From Acholeplasmataceae bacterium (GTDB lineage Bacteria; Bacillota_I; Bacilli_A; Acholeplasmatales; Acholeplasmataceae): 64,000 bases of DNA. Positions 21,203-32,047 of this stretch are shown here, piece by piece. Both the position numbers and the translations under genes were made by a program. The stretch's first letter is position 1. The number at the start of each line of letters is the position of its first letter. The notes beneath the pieces are model-generated. The model made no database searches, had not been told where the DNA came from, and saw only the letters and a list, made by a program, of their open reading frames with translations. The stretch spans positions 800,001-864,000 of the forward strand of contig OY775910.1 in assembly GCA_963675245.1 (NCBI GenBank), given 5' to 3'.

Positions 21203-22006
21203 ATGCAGGTTTCACTCATTAAGTTTAAGGAAGCCGGTAAGAAGTATTATTTCTCGTATGAGGGATTAGATATAAAATTAAATGACAAGGTCGTTGTCGA
21301 AACAGCTAGAGGGTTAGAAATAGGATCGGTTTATCTATTCAAAGAAATAGAAGAATCTGATTTAACAAGTGAGCTAAAACCTGTTTTACGTTTAGCGACA
21401 CCTGAGGATCTTGAAGATGATCGTTATAACCAAGAAGCAGAAATGAGTGTCATTGAACAAACCAAGCAACTTGTTAAACAGAATGAACTAGATATGAAGG
21501 TTTTAGGTGCTGAATATACACTTGACCGTAAACGTCTACTGATTTATTTTGAAGCTGAAGGTAGAGTTGATTTCAGACAACTTGTTCGTGATCTATCAGA
21601 AGTTTATCACACACGTATTGAACTACGTCAAATCGGACCGAGAGATGCTGCTAAGATGATTGGTGGTATTGGTCCATGTGGTTTGATATTATGTTGTACG
21701 AGTTTTATTGGTGAGTTTGAGACAGTTTCTATTCGAATGGCTAAAAATCAAAATCTCGCATTAAACCCTCAAAAGATATCAGGTGTTTGTGGTAAGTTAT
21801 TATGCTGCATTCGCTATGAAGATGAAGCATATACAGAGTTAAAGAAAGTATTACCAGATATACATGAATATGTTCAGACCGAAAGAGGAAAAGCATTTGT
21901 ACTTGATATCAATATTTTAGGACAGAAAATTAAAGTTAAATATACTGATAATGATGAATCGGGTATTGAATGGTTAGGGAAAGATGCTTTTGAAAGGATG
22001 AATTAA
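21203..22006 (+). CDS. ricT: RicT/YaaT (PSP1 family) protein
   Basis: GRVDFR, RIELRQIG, GPCG..CC, SGVCGKLLCC. Confidence 0.88.
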   Translation: MQVSLIKFKEAGKKYYFSYEGLDIKLNDKVVVETARGLEIGSVYLFKEIEESDLTSELKPVLRLATPEDLEDDRYNQEAEMSVIEQTKQLVKQNELDMKVLGAEYTLDRKRLLIYFEAEGRVDFRQLVRDLSEVYHTRIELRQIGPRDAAKMIGGIGPCGLILCCTSFIGEFETVSIRMAKNQNLALNPQKISGVCGKLLCCIRYEDEAYTELKKVLPDIHEYVQTERGKAFVLDINILGQKIKVKYTDNDESGIEWLGKDAFERMN

Positions 22007-22705
22007 GTGATTCGAAAACTCATTGGATCAAATCGACAAATTGAGCAAACGAGAAAGAACGCATTTAATCTAGACACGATCCTTTTAGCGCATTTTGTTA
22101 AAATTCCTTATCGCGCAAAAACGGTAATTGATGTGGGAACCGGTAACGGTGTTTTAATGCTTTATCTAGCTGACCAAACTAAAGCGCAAATCATCGGTGT
22201 GGAAATTCAAGAAGAACGCGCAGATCTAGCAAAGAAGAATATTGTATTAAATGGCCTGAAAGACCGTTTATCCGTCATAACCGATGACATAAAAAATGTT
22301 GAACTCAAAGGGGTAGACTGTGTGGTCTGTAATCCCCCTTTTTTCAAAGTGAATGAACTCACAAAAAGAAACATTGATCCTGCAATCGCTGTTGCGAGAC
22401 ATGAAGTTAAATTAACATTAGAAGAACTTGTGATATCAGTGAGTAAGATGTTAAAGCAAGGTGGATATTTTTTTGTCATTCATAGACCGGATCGCATTAG
22501 TGAAATTATCGCGACGTTAGAAAAATATCACTTAACCGTTAAGCGCATGCAATTCGTACATCCTTATATAGGAAGTGAAGCGAACCATGTTTTAATCGCC
22601 GCGATGAAGTATGGCGATTTTGGGACACGACTTGAAAAACCGCTTATCTTATATAAAGATAAACATGTCTATTCGGATGAACTTAAAAAATTGATGGAGG
22701 AATAA
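22007..22705 (+). CDS. tRNA1(Val) A37 N6-methyltransferase (YabB/TrmN6-like)
   Basis: DVGTGNG SAM motif, NPPFF, ARHE. Confidence 0.85.
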   Translation: MIRKLIGSNRQIEQTRKNAFNLDTILLAHFVKIPYRAKTVIDVGTGNGVLMLYLADQTKAQIIGVEIQEERADLAKKNIVLNGLKDRLSVITDDIKNVELKGVDCVVCNPPFFKVNELTKRNIDPAIAVARHEVKLTLEELVISVSKMLKQGGYFFVIHRPDRISEIIATLEKYHLTVKRMQFVHPYIGSEANHVLIAAMKYGDFGTRLEKPLILYKDKHVYSDELKKLMEE

Positions 22706-22708
22706 TGG

Positions 22709-23542
22709 ATGCAAGTTAGTTTTAAAGATCATAAACCAACTTTATATGTTGTAGCAACACCCATTGGTAATCTATCTGATATGACATTTCGTGCGGTTGA
22801 AATTTTAAAATCCGTCGATATGATACTTGCAGAAGATACACGTAACTCTGGGAAACTACTAAAACACTTTGAGATTGATAAACCGTTAATGAGTTATCAT
22901 GATTTTAGCGATGATGTTAAAGAAAATAGAATTTTAGACTTATTAAAAGAAGGTCAACATATAGCACTCATTAGTGATGCGGGTACCCCAGGTATTAGTG
23001 ATCCAGGTTATGGTATTATCACAAAAGTGATTAAAGCTGGTTATCATGTCGTTTCTATCCCAGGTGCGAGTGCAATCCTTACGGCGTTAGTCGCTTCTGG
23101 GTTAGTCATGCAGCCATTTACATTTATCGGTTTTTTACCACGCAAACAAAGCGAAAGAAATAGTTTACTACAAATGTATCAAGACAGATCAGAAACACTA
23201 GTCATTTATGAATCACCTCTACGAGTTAAAAAAACGATTGAGGATTTGTATGCATCATTTGGTAACAGAGATGTCTCATTATGTCGAGAATTAACAAAAA
23301 CATTTGAAACAATTATTAGAACTGATTTGTCAAATGCTATTCAATTAGAACATAACACGAAAGGTGAATATGTTATCGTGGTGAGTGGTGCATTACCTAT
23401 TTCCTATGAAGATATTGATCTATCAAAACATGTTCAAATGTTAATAGATGAAGGTTACAATGAGAAAGACGCGATGAAAGAGGTAGCTAAACGTCATCAC
23501 GTATCAAAGTCTGTTGTGTATAAAGCATACAAAATTGATTAA
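22709..23542 (+). CDS. rsmI: 16S rRNA C1402 2'-O-methyltransferase
   Basis: ATPIGNL, AEDTR, SDAGTPGISDPG, RELTK. Confidence 0.95.
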   Translation: MQVSFKDHKPTLYVVATPIGNLSDMTFRAVEILKSVDMILAEDTRNSGKLLKHFEIDKPLMSYHDFSDDVKENRILDLLKEGQHIALISDAGTPGISDPGYGIITKVIKAGYHVVSIPGASAILTALVASGLVMQPFTFIGFLPRKQSERNSLLQMYQDRSETLVIYESPLRVKKTIEDLYASFGNRDVSLCRELTKTFETIIRTDLSNAIQLEHNTKGEYVIVVSGALPISYEDIDLSKHVQMLIDEGYNEKDAMKEVAKRHHVSKSVVYKAYKID

Positions 23543-23589
23543 TCTTAGTTGCAAATATTCACGTTTATCGTTATAATAATAGATGTTAA

Positions 23590-23815
23590 TAAAGCGTTGA
23601 TAAAGAGAGTAACTTAGTGTAGTCGTAAATAGAGAATTCGCGGTTGGTGAAAGCGAATCGAACATGAAGTGAACATGACTTTTGAGCTTTTTAGTCGATA
23701 AGTAGACTAGAACGTATCTCTGCGTTAAAGAGTTGAGTGCTAGAAAGCAATTTCTAGAATTAAGGTGGTACCGCGATTATTCGTCCTTATTGATTTTTGA
23801 GGACGATTTTATTTT
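23590..23815 (+). promoter_or_regulatory. T-box riboswitch (Met specifier) controlling metG
   Basis: AGTA/AGAGA/GGTGA stem I motifs; GAAC-ATG specifier at 23675; AAGGTGGTACCGCG T-box; terminator TCGTCCTT/GAGGACGA plus Ts. Confidence 0.9.
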
Positions 23816-23832
23816 TGATTGGAGAGATGATT

Positions 23833-25401
23833 ATGGAAAAGAAACCTTTTTATTTAACAACCGCGATTGCATATAGTTCTGCAATTCCACACATTGGGAA
23901 TGTCTATGAGGCAATCTTGGCTGATGCGATGTGCCGCTTTAAACGAGCATTAGGATACGATGTGCGTTTTCAAACGGGTACAGATGAACACGGACAAAAA
24001 ATAGAAAATAAAGCGAAAGATAATAACTTAACACCACAGGTTTATGCGGATACAATATCTAATGAGATTCGTCGTATTTATGATCTTGTTGATGTCAAGT
24101 ATGATAAGTTTATTCGTACAACAGATGAAGATCATGTAAAAGCCGTTCAAGCTATTTTTAAAAAGCTTTATGATCAAGGTGATATTTATTTAGGTAAATA
24201 TGAAGGATGGTATTCTGTCTCAGAAGAATCTTTCATTCTTGAAAAAGATATTGTTGATGGTAAAGGACCAGCAGGTGATGTACCTGTTTGGACATCTGAA
24301 GATGCCTATTTTTTCAGAATGTCTAAATACCAAGAACGCTTATTAAAACATATTGAAGACAACCCGAGTTTCATTTCACCTGAATCACGTAAAAATGAAA
24401 TGATTCAAAACTTTTTAAAAGAGCCACTTCCTGATTTATCTGTTTCTAGAACCTCATTCAAATGGGGTGTACCTGTAACTTTTAATGAGGACCACGTCAT
24501 TTATGTTTGGATTGATGCGTTAATCAACTATATTACTGGATTAGGTTATCATCCCGATCAAGAACCAACCGAACTCTTTCACACATACTGGCCAGCAGAT
24601 GTCCATTTAATTGGTAAAGATATTTTAAGATTCCATACCATTTATTGGCCAATCATTTTAATGGCATTAAATGTCGAATTACCAAAACAAATCTTTGGAC
24701 ACCCATGGGTATTAGTGGATAAGAGTAAAATGTCAAAGTCAATCGGTAATACGATGTATACGGATGACTTGGTTAAATATTTTGGAATCGATGTTGTTCG
24801 TTATTATGTGTTACATGAAATACCTTACGCATCAGATGGTAATATCACATATGAATTAATCATTGAAAGAAATAACTCTGATTTGGCCAATACGATTGGT
24901 AATCTTGTCAATAGAACCATAGGTATGGCAAATAAATACAGAGAAGGGTTTGTTAAGAAGGTTGTTATTGATGAACCTTTTGAATACAATTTAAAAGATA
25001 AAGCATTAGAAACATTACCTCGCATGATTACATTGATAGATGATTTTAGAGTTGCAGACGCACTAGAAGAAATTGTTGTTTTAGCTAGAGCTGCGAATAA
25101 ATATATTGATCTTTCTACACCATGGGTATTATTTAAAGATCCAGAAAGACAAGAAGAACTTGATTATGTGCTTTACCAATTATTAGAAACAGTTCGTTTT
25201 GTTGGTGTATTATTAAAACCGTTTATTCCTAAAACATCAAAACGCATTTTAGATCAAATTGGTGTCACTGATGATTCATTTGAATCACTTGAATCTTTTG
25301 GTGCTTATAAGGATCAAAAACTTGGCAAAGGTGAAGTGTTATTCGAACGCTATGATGCCAATAAGAAATTACAGGAGATTTTAGACGATCGACATGAATA
25401 A
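23833..25401 (+). CDS. metG: Methionine-tRNA ligase (short form without C-terminal tRNA-binding domain)
   Basis: PHIGN, GTDEHGQK, YVWIDAL, GKDILRFH, KMSKS. Confidence 0.96.
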   Translation: MEKKPFYLTTAIAYSSAIPHIGNVYEAILADAMCRFKRALGYDVRFQTGTDEHGQKIENKAKDNNLTPQVYADTISNEIRRIYDLVDVKYDKFIRTTDEDHVKAVQAIFKKLYDQGDIYLGKYEGWYSVSEESFILEKDIVDGKGPAGDVPVWTSEDAYFFRMSKYQERLLKHIEDNPSFISPESRKNEMIQNFLKEPLPDLSVSRTSFKWGVPVTFNEDHVIYVWIDALINYITGLGYHPDQEPTELFHTYWPADVHLIGKDILRFHTIYWPIILMALNVELPKQIFGHPWVLVDKSKMSKSIGNTMYTDDLVKYFGIDVVRYYVLHEIPYASDGNITYELIIERNNSDLANTIGNLVNRTIGMANKYREGFVKKVVIDEPFEYNLKDKALETLPRMITLIDDFRVADALEEIVVLARAANKYIDLSTPWVLFKDPERQEELDYVLYQLLETVRFVGVLLKPFIPKTSKRILDQIGVTDDSFESLESFGAYKDQKLGKGEVLFERYDANKKLQEILDDRHE

Positions 25402-26353
25402 GTTATTTGTTAGGCTTCAAGATGAAGCCTTCAAGTCTCGCTTATGGCAAGAAACAAAACGTATTTTAGTTGTTGTTGGCTTCACCTTTATTTATGGTAT
25501 TGGTGTTTCTTGGTTTTTAGAAGCGTCCATCGTACCACTTTATACAGGTGGTATTCCAGGTATTGGACAGCTGATTCGAGACATTATTCAAATTATTTTT
25601 AGAATTCAATTAGGAGATAACTTCCTAGGGATCTTCATTTTTATAGCGAATATCCCATTACTCTTTTTAGGATGGTTTGGCGTCTCTCATCGATTTACGA
25701 TTTACAGTTTAATATCTGTTCTCATTCAATCCTTACTTCTTAGTTATATCCCTGTATTTGATATGGGATTATCATCAGAAGTACATGCTTTGGCAAGTGC
25801 AGTATTAGGTGGATTATTAATCGGTGTTGGTGCCGGTGGTGCACTTCGTTATGGTACATCTACAGGTGGTCTTGATATAGTTGCACAATATTTAGCGTTT
25901 AAAAAAGGTCAAAGTGTTGGTTTCTTTTCAATGGCTATGAATGTTGCTATTGCTATTTTAGGGGGTATCATCATTGGTGGTAGAGCTAATTTAAGTGGCG
26001 TCGTGATTTCTGGTGGTGTGATTGCTTCTTATACGATTATACGTATTATTATCTCAACCATCATGACCGATCGAATGCATACGGCATATCAATATTTATC
26101 TGTGAATATTATTACGATTAATCCAAATGAGTTGGTGGATGCAATATTAACAAAACTATATCGTGGTGTCACACTCATCAATGTTCAAGGTGCGTATTCA
26201 CATCATGATAAAACTATGGTGTATGTCATTATATCGGCCTATGAACTTCACGCATTAATCCAGATGATTAAACAACAAGATGATAAGGCGTTTGTCACAA
26301 CAACACCTGTTAAAAATGTATTTGGTAATTTCAAACGAAAAACAATTGCATAA
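25394..26353 (+). CDS. YitT family membrane protein
   Basis: GG.PG, NIPL, STGGLDIVA, RGVT, D..AF motifs. Confidence 0.85.
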   Translation: MNKLFVRLQDEAFKSRLWQETKRILVVVGFTFIYGIGVSWFLEASIVPLYTGGIPGIGQLIRDIIQIIFRIQLGDNFLGIFIFIANIPLLFLGWFGVSHRFTIYSLISVLIQSLLLSYIPVFDMGLSSEVHALASAVLGGLLIGVGAGGALRYGTSTGGLDIVAQYLAFKKGQSVGFFSMAMNVAIAILGGIIIGGRANLSGVVISGGVIASYTIIRIIISTIMTDRMHTAYQYLSVNIITINPNELVDAILTKLYRGVTLINVQGAYSHHDKTMVYVIISAYELHALIQMIKQQDDKAFVTTTPVKNVFGNFKRKTIA

Positions 26354-26385
26354 AAAAAGCCTGAATCGAATTCAGGCTTTTCTTT

Positions 26386-27069
26386 TTATTCAGCTTTAGG
26401 TTTTTTAAATAGTTCTATATGAACAAACGCAGCTAACATACCACCAACAAGCGGACCGACGATATAAAGCCATAAGTTTGTTAAGGCAGAACCACCTTGT
26501 AAGATAGCTGGTGCGATTGAACGTGCAGGATTAAAACCAGCACCTGTATAACCTATACCTGCAAAAATTAGTGCAGTTAATGCTAAACCAATGACGAGGC
26601 CAACGACATTTGAATACTTTTCGTTTGCTGTAACAGCGAGAATCACTGTGACAAATAAGAAAGTAAGAATAACTTCAACAAGTAAACCAACAAGTACGGC
26701 TGGATCAGCAAGTGATGCAGATAAATCAGTCGCAGCCAAGTTTGAGAAACTACCGATAAAGATACCTAAGAATAAGGAAGCGATGAAAGCACCAAATAAT
26801 TGAAAGACGACATAGAATCCAAAATCTTTCCAACTTAAGTCTTTTCTAATCACCATAGCAAGTGATACAGCGGGGTTGAAGTGACCACCTGAAATATGTC
26901 CTACGGCATAAATCATGACCATCACGATTAAACCAGTAGCGAGTGCGGTTGCTACAGGATTGACAACACCAAGCACTGATGTAAGAATAGGTGTACTTGT
27001 TCCGACAAATACGAGGGCAAACGTACCTAGCGCTTCAGCAAAGTAAGCACGCAATTTTAAATTTTTCAT
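26386..27069 (-). CDS. MIP/aquaporin channel
   Basis: Two NPA motifs (SGGHFNPAV, FNPARS). Confidence 0.92.
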   Translation of the reverse strand: MKNLKLRAYFAEALGTFALVFVGTSTPILTSVLGVVNPVATALATGLIVMVMIYAVGHISGGHFNPAVSLAMVIRKDLSWKDFGFYVVFQLFGAFIASLFLGIFIGSFSNLAATDLSASLADPAVLVGLLVEVILTFLFVTVILAVTANEKYSNVVGLVIGLALTALIFAGIGYTGAGFNPARSIAPAILQGGSALTNLWLYIVGPLVGGMLAAFVHIELFKKPKAE

Positions 27070-27142
27070 ATCTAAATCTCCTTGTGTACATAGTCTATCT
27101 TTATTATAGTTAATATTAAAAAAAAGAGGTGCAATATGCACC

Positions 27143-27655
27143 TCAACTCATACGATTTAGTTCAAATATATACTTAATAAATGACATACTGTAAATAGGA
27201 AGAAATTGTTTTTTATGAATCAACAATAGAATTTCATCTTCACTAGCCCATTTAGCATCACAGACTTCATGATCAACAAATGATATTTGATCAATCGCGA
27301 TATTTTTTCTAGCAATATATATATCGTCAAATCCTCTTTCGAAGGTTAGGGTCAGTCGTGGTAACTGATTGGAAAAATCATGTTTGATACCTAACTCCTC
27401 ATAAGACTCCCTGGAAGCGGCATGTTGTGATGTCTCACCAGATTTTACTGCGCCACCCACTGAGATATCCCAAAGACCTGGCCATCCTTCTTTATTAAGT
27501 GATCTCTTTTGGATAAGCATTTGGTTTTGTTGATTAAAAAAGCAGACATGAATGACCAGATGATATTGTCCAGGTTTTAATGATTTACCTCTTTCAACGA
27601 TATTGTTTGTTTTTTGTCTACTGGCATCATAGACATCCCATAGTTCTTTTTCCAT
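27143..27655 (-). CDS. NUDIX hydrolase (Idi-like)
   Basis: QKRS..K..WPGLWD, GGAVKSGE...ASRESYEELG. Confidence 0.85.
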   Translation of the reverse strand: MEKELWDVYDASRQKTNNIVERGKSLKPGQYHLVIHVCFFNQQNQMLIQKRSLNKEGWPGLWDISVGGAVKSGETSQHAASRESYEELGIKHDFSNQLPRLTLTFERGFDDIYIARKNIAIDQISFVDHEVCDAKWASEDEILLLIHKKQFLPIYSMSFIKYIFELNRMS

Positions 27656-27798
27656 TGTTCTCCTGCTTAATTGATTTATAATAATTATAGATGATTTATA
27701 TTCATCATAACATAATAAGAATTTTATTGACATAGTGAAAGAAACGGTTTAAAAAAGAGCAATTAATTGCTATAATTAACATAGAGCGATATAAGGAG

Positions 27799-28692
27799 AT
27801 GAAAATCATGATCTATACTTTTACAGCAAACCCAGCGGTCGATTATCATATCTATTCTGAATCAACAGATAGTGATCACGTTAACCGCGTACATAAATCA
27901 TATTTTGAACTTGGTGGTAAAGGCATTAATGTTTCAAAAGTGTTATGCCGGTTAGGTGTACCATCAGTTTGCTTAACATTTTTTGATGATATGTTTTGGT
28001 CAATGTTTAGAGGTGCAATGGAAAGTTATAAACTAGTCACATTCCGTCCCGTACACTTTGACGGACAAATGAGAGAAAATGTTAAAATTCACAGTAAGGA
28101 ACTTTATGAGTTCAATAGTGAACCTAAAGGTGTTACTGAAGAAAACGTTGAAGAGTTACTAGCAAGCACTGATCGTATTACAGAAGATGATTATTTAATC
28201 ATCAGTGGTAGTGGTTTACGTGACTTCCCGGATTTATATGATAAACTCGTGAAACGTATAGCTAAGCAAAAACCAAGCGTTATTGTCGATACACCATGTA
28301 AGTACTATGATAAATTTTGGGAAACAAAACCTATTTTATTAAAACCAAACAAAAATGAACTTGAAAATTATTTTGATACTAAAATCAAAGATGAAGAAAT
28401 TGTTGGTTATGCAAAACAACTACTTGCAAAAGGTGCTCAAAACGTTTTAGTATCTGATGGAAGATCAGGTTCATACTTCGTAACAAAATCAGGTAATTAC
28501 CGTATCAAAGCAGTTGAAAAAGACTATGATAATACAGTGGGTGCAGGCGATTCACAAGTGGCCGGATTTATGTCTAACTACGCGATCACACATGATGGTT
28601 TAGAAGCATATAAGGCAGCACATGAAGCGGCACTCGCTTTCTTAGAACAAGATTATAAAGGATCTCATAAATTCGAAATTGAGGAACTATGA
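27799..28692 (+). CDS. fruK: 1-phosphofructokinase (PfkB family)
   Basis: NPAVDY, GGKGINVS, KPNKNE, TVGAGDS; upstream of fructose PTS. Confidence 0.85.
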   Translation: MKIMIYTFTANPAVDYHIYSESTDSDHVNRVHKSYFELGGKGINVSKVLCRLGVPSVCLTFFDDMFWSMFRGAMESYKLVTFRPVHFDGQMRENVKIHSKELYEFNSEPKGVTEENVEELLASTDRITEDDYLIISGSGLRDFPDLYDKLVKRIAKQKPSVIVDTPCKYYDKFWETKPILLKPNKNELENYFDTKIKDEEIVGYAKQLLAKGAQNVLVSDGRSGSYFVTKSGNYRIKAVEKDYDNTVGAGDSQVAGFMSNYAITHDGLEAYKAAHEAALAFLEQDYKGSHKFEIEEL

Positions 28693-29144
28693 TGAAAATT
28701 GATGAATTCATGAATGAAAGTTATATCAAATTAAATCTTGAAGGACAGACAAAAGAAGAAGTGATTCGTGAACTCGTTCAAGTATTGGATGATGCAGGTG
28801 TTGTCAATGATTATGAGTTACTAGTTGATGATGTACTCGTAAGAGAAAAATTATCATCTACAGGTATTGGACTAAGAATTGGTTTACCTCATGCAAAATC
28901 ACGTCATATTTTAAAACCTTCGATTGCTTTTGGTGTTTCTAAACAAGGTGTCGATTTCGACAGTATGGATCAAGATAAAGCCCATATTTTCTTTTTGATT
29001 TGTATGCCAGAAGAAGGATTTAACCTACATTTAAAAGTATTAGCAATGTTATCAAGAAGTTTGATTAATCCATCCTTTAGAGAAGCACTTGAAGTAGCTG
29101 AATCAACAGAACAAGTCATGCAACTCTTAAGCCAGGTTGAATAA
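28689..29144 (+). CDS. PTS fructose-family IIA
   Basis: RE..STGIG..LPHAK, HLKVLAMLSR. Confidence 0.88.
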   Translation: MMKIDEFMNESYIKLNLEGQTKEEVIRELVQVLDDAGVVNDYELLVDDVLVREKLSSTGIGLRIGLPHAKSRHILKPSIAFGVSKQGVDFDSMDQDKAHIFFLICMPEEGFNLHLKVLAMLSRSLINPSFREALEVAESTEQVMQLLSQVE

Positions 29145-29440
29145 TGAAAATTATTGCTGTATCAGCTTGCCCATCAGGATTAATGCATACATATATGGCT
29201 GCTGAAAGTCTACAACAAGCAGCACTTAAACGTGGTATTGATATTAAAATTGAAACGCATGGTGCCATTGGTGTAGAAAACGTATTAACAAAACAAGATA
29301 TTGACGAAAGTGACTATGTTATTTTAATGGTTGATATTACTTTTGATGAATCACGTTTTCAAGGAAAACCAATGATAACCGTGAGTACCGCTTATGCTGT
29401 ACGGCATGCTGATGAATTACTTAGTCAGATTGGAGCATAA
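29144..29440 (+). CDS. PTS fructose-family IIB
   Basis: ACPSGLMHTYMAAE, KIETHGAIG. Confidence 0.9.
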   Translation: MKIIAVSACPSGLMHTYMAAESLQQAALKRGIDIKIETHGAIGVENVLTKQDIDESDYVILMVDITFDESRFQGKPMITVSTAYAVRHADELLSQIGA

Positions 29441-29443
29441 TTT

Positions 29444-30445
29444 GTGAATAATGGTATTTACAAAAAATTAACTTATAGTCTTGCATATATCTTACCGATT
29501 TTGGTCGTCTCTGGCGTACTGTTTTCAATCGGTTTTTTATTTGAGCCACCATTTCAATCCTTTCTATTTGAAGTTGGTCTTAATACTTATTACTTAAGTT
29601 ATGCTGTATTAGCTGCAGCGATTGCTTACGCGATTGGTGATAGAGTTGCTATCGTTCCAGCACTCATTGGTGGTTACTTATTAAAAGATGGCTCAGTCGG
29701 ACTATTAGGTGCTGTGGTTATTGGCTTTTTTGTAGGTTATTTGACAAAAGCGTTCATGAGTTTATTTAGTGGTGTACCTCGAACACTAAGTGGCATATTA
29801 CCTATATTCATTTATCCTGTAATCATCACATTGATGACATTAGGTTTATCGTATTTAATGAATCAATATCTAAGTGATCCACTTACAGAAGTGTATGCAT
29901 TCTTATTTTACGATTATCACTGGTTAGTGATTGTACTAAGTGTTGTACTGTCATCTCTTATGGCATTTGATTTAGGCGGACCTGTGAATAAAATGGCATA
30001 TTTGATTGCTATTGTATCATTGGCTGATGGATTAACATCAACTATTATGGCGGCGGTGATCGCAGGCGGTATGGTGCCACCGTTAGTCGTATCCGTGATT
30101 CAAATGTTTAGTCAAGATGAAAATGAGCGTCATTACTGGTGGAAGACAGGTATTCTAGGATTATCATTTATGTCGGAAGGTGCAATTAACTTTGTAGAAA
30201 GAGATAAAAATACGATTAGACCTCTCATGATGATTGGTAGTGGTGTAAGTGGTGGTGTGGTTGGTTGGTTTTCACTTTCCACGAGATTACCACACGGTGG
30301 TATCTTGATTTCACTGTTTATGAATGAGTGGTATTATTTCCTTTTAGCACTTGTTATTGGCATGGTTGTCACATCCATCTTATTAGCAATTTTTTCATCT
30401 AAAATCAAACGTAAAAAAACTAAAAAAACACCTTTACAAGCATAG
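29444..30445 (+). CDS. PTS fructose-family IIC
   Basis: FDLGGPVNK, GGMVPPL, SEGAI, PHGG. Confidence 0.88.
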   Translation: MNNGIYKKLTYSLAYILPILVVSGVLFSIGFLFEPPFQSFLFEVGLNTYYLSYAVLAAAIAYAIGDRVAIVPALIGGYLLKDGSVGLLGAVVIGFFVGYLTKAFMSLFSGVPRTLSGILPIFIYPVIITLMTLGLSYLMNQYLSDPLTEVYAFLFYDYHWLVIVLSVVLSSLMAFDLGGPVNKMAYLIAIVSLADGLTSTIMAAVIAGGMVPPLVVSVIQMFSQDENERHYWWKTGILGLSFMSEGAINFVERDKNTIRPLMMIGSGVSGGVVGWFSLSTRLPHGGILISLFMNEWYYFLLALVIGMVVTSILLAIFSSKIKRKKTKKTPLQA

Positions 30446-30477
30446 GTGGCTTTGATATAATTATTAAGTATTCAATC

Positions 30478-30548
30478 TATCGTATAATCGACCTAATGTG
30501 GTGGTCAAGTTTCTACCGCTCAACCGTAAATCTGAGCGACTACGATGT
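30478..30548 (+). promoter_or_regulatory. Purine (guanine-type) riboswitch
   Basis: ATCGTATAAT...ATGTGG...GTTTCTACC...CCGTAAA...GACTACGAT; C at the discriminator position; terminator AAACCAC/GTGGTTT at ~30584-30610. Confidence 0.92.
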
Positions 30549-30662
30549 GAAAACACTTTTTTCTGATGTTTTCATAATGTAGAGAAACCACATTCAGTGG
30601 TTTTTTTGTTTTTTGATTGCATATGTTTGAATACAACAAAACAGAAAAAAGGAGATTTTAAA

Positions 30663-32027
30663 ATGGGATTTATCAAAAAGTTCTTCAAGCTTGAAGAACG
30701 TGGTACGAACGTTCGTACTGAAGTCGTCGGGGGACTTGTAACATTCTTAGCTATGGTTTACATCGTTGGTGTTAACCCTAGTATTCTTAGTGGTGGTGGA
30801 TTCCCTGCTGGTGGTGTATTCTTTGGTACTGCTTTAGCAGCTGGTGTCGCGACTATCTTAATGGGTTTAATAGCAAATTACCCAATCGCGCTTGCTCCTG
30901 GTATGGGCGTTAATGCTGTTGTTGCATTCACATTAACATATAGCATGGGCTTCACATGGCAAGAAGCATTAGCAGTTGTCTTAGTGTCTGGTATTATCTT
31001 CTTAATCATTTCACTTACACCTGTTAGAACATGGATTATCAATGCTGTTCCAAGAAGCTTGAAAAAAGCAATTGGTGCTGCAATTGGTTTCTTCATCGCA
31101 TTTATCGGTTTACAAAATGCTGGCATTATCATGGATGACGCGAATACTCTAGTTAAACTTGGTCATTTCGATGATCCAACAGTATTACTTGCATTATTCG
31201 GAATCGTTGTTGTTTTCGTATTATACTCATTAAGAAATAAAATTTCTAAATTTGCATTAATTATTTCTATGTTAGCTACAGCAGTTGTTGGTGTAGTTCT
31301 TGGCTTAGTTGGTGTTGCAGGTATGCCAGCATTTGATTCATTCAACTATAGTTTATTATCAGAAGTTCCTGAAACAATGGGTGGTGTTTGGGTTGGTATT
31401 AGTACGATTTGGACAAATCCACAACTAGCTTTTGCATTATTCACTTTATTATATATTGACATTTTCGATACAGCTGGTACACTTATCGCTGTTTCTGAAC
31501 CTGCTGGCTTATTAAATGAAAAAGGTGAATTAGAAAACGTTAATAAAGCAATGTTAGTTGATGCTATTGGTACAACATTCGGTGCATTAGTTGGTACTTC
31601 TACAGTAACATCTTATATTGAATCTAGTGCTGGTATCGAATATGGTGCTAGAACTGGTTTATCATCAGTTGTTGTTGGTCTACTTTTCTTAGTCACAATC
31701 GCATTATTCCCAATCTTCAATATTTTTATTAACTACTCAGCTTTGACTTCAATGGCATTAGTCCTTGTTGGTGTTCTTATGTTCTCACAAATTAAAGACA
31801 TTGACTGGAAAGATACACCTATCTTACTTTCAGCTTTCGTTACAATCATCATGACTATGTTAACTTATAAGATTGGTGAAGGGATTGCTTTCGGATTCAT
31901 CACATACGTTGTTTCAATGGTTGCTCAAAAACGTTTCAAAGAAGTTAGCCCAATGATGTATGCTTTATCAGTTGTATTCTTAGTATACTTCGTTTTATAT
32001 GCTTTCTTATTAGCACCAAACTTATAA
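30663..32027 (+). CDS. NCS2/AzgA-type guanine-hypoxanthine permease (PbuG-like)
   Basis: TFLAMVYI, LAPGMG, DIFDTAGT, YIESSAG..GARTGL; downstream of purine riboswitch. Confidence 0.9.
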   Translation: MGFIKKFFKLEERGTNVRTEVVGGLVTFLAMVYIVGVNPSILSGGGFPAGGVFFGTALAAGVATILMGLIANYPIALAPGMGVNAVVAFTLTYSMGFTWQEALAVVLVSGIIFLIISLTPVRTWIINAVPRSLKKAIGAAIGFFIAFIGLQNAGIIMDDANTLVKLGHFDDPTVLLALFGIVVVFVLYSLRNKISKFALIISMLATAVVGVVLGLVGVAGMPAFDSFNYSLLSEVPETMGGVWVGISTIWTNPQLAFALFTLLYIDIFDTAGTLIAVSEPAGLLNEKGELENVNKAMLVDAIGTTFGALVGTSTVTSYIESSAGIEYGARTGLSSVVVGLLFLVTIALFPIFNIFINYSALTSMALVLVGVLMFSQIKDIDWKDTPILLSAFVTIIMTMLTYKIGEGIAFGFITYVVSMVAQKRFKEVSPMMYALSVVFLVYFVLYAFLLAPNL

Positions 32028-32047
32028 TCAATAAATAATATAATAAA

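Noticed and set aside
24190..24300. MetRS knuckle without cysteines
   Set aside because: Zinc-free knuckles are a common MetRS1 variant in Firmicutes.
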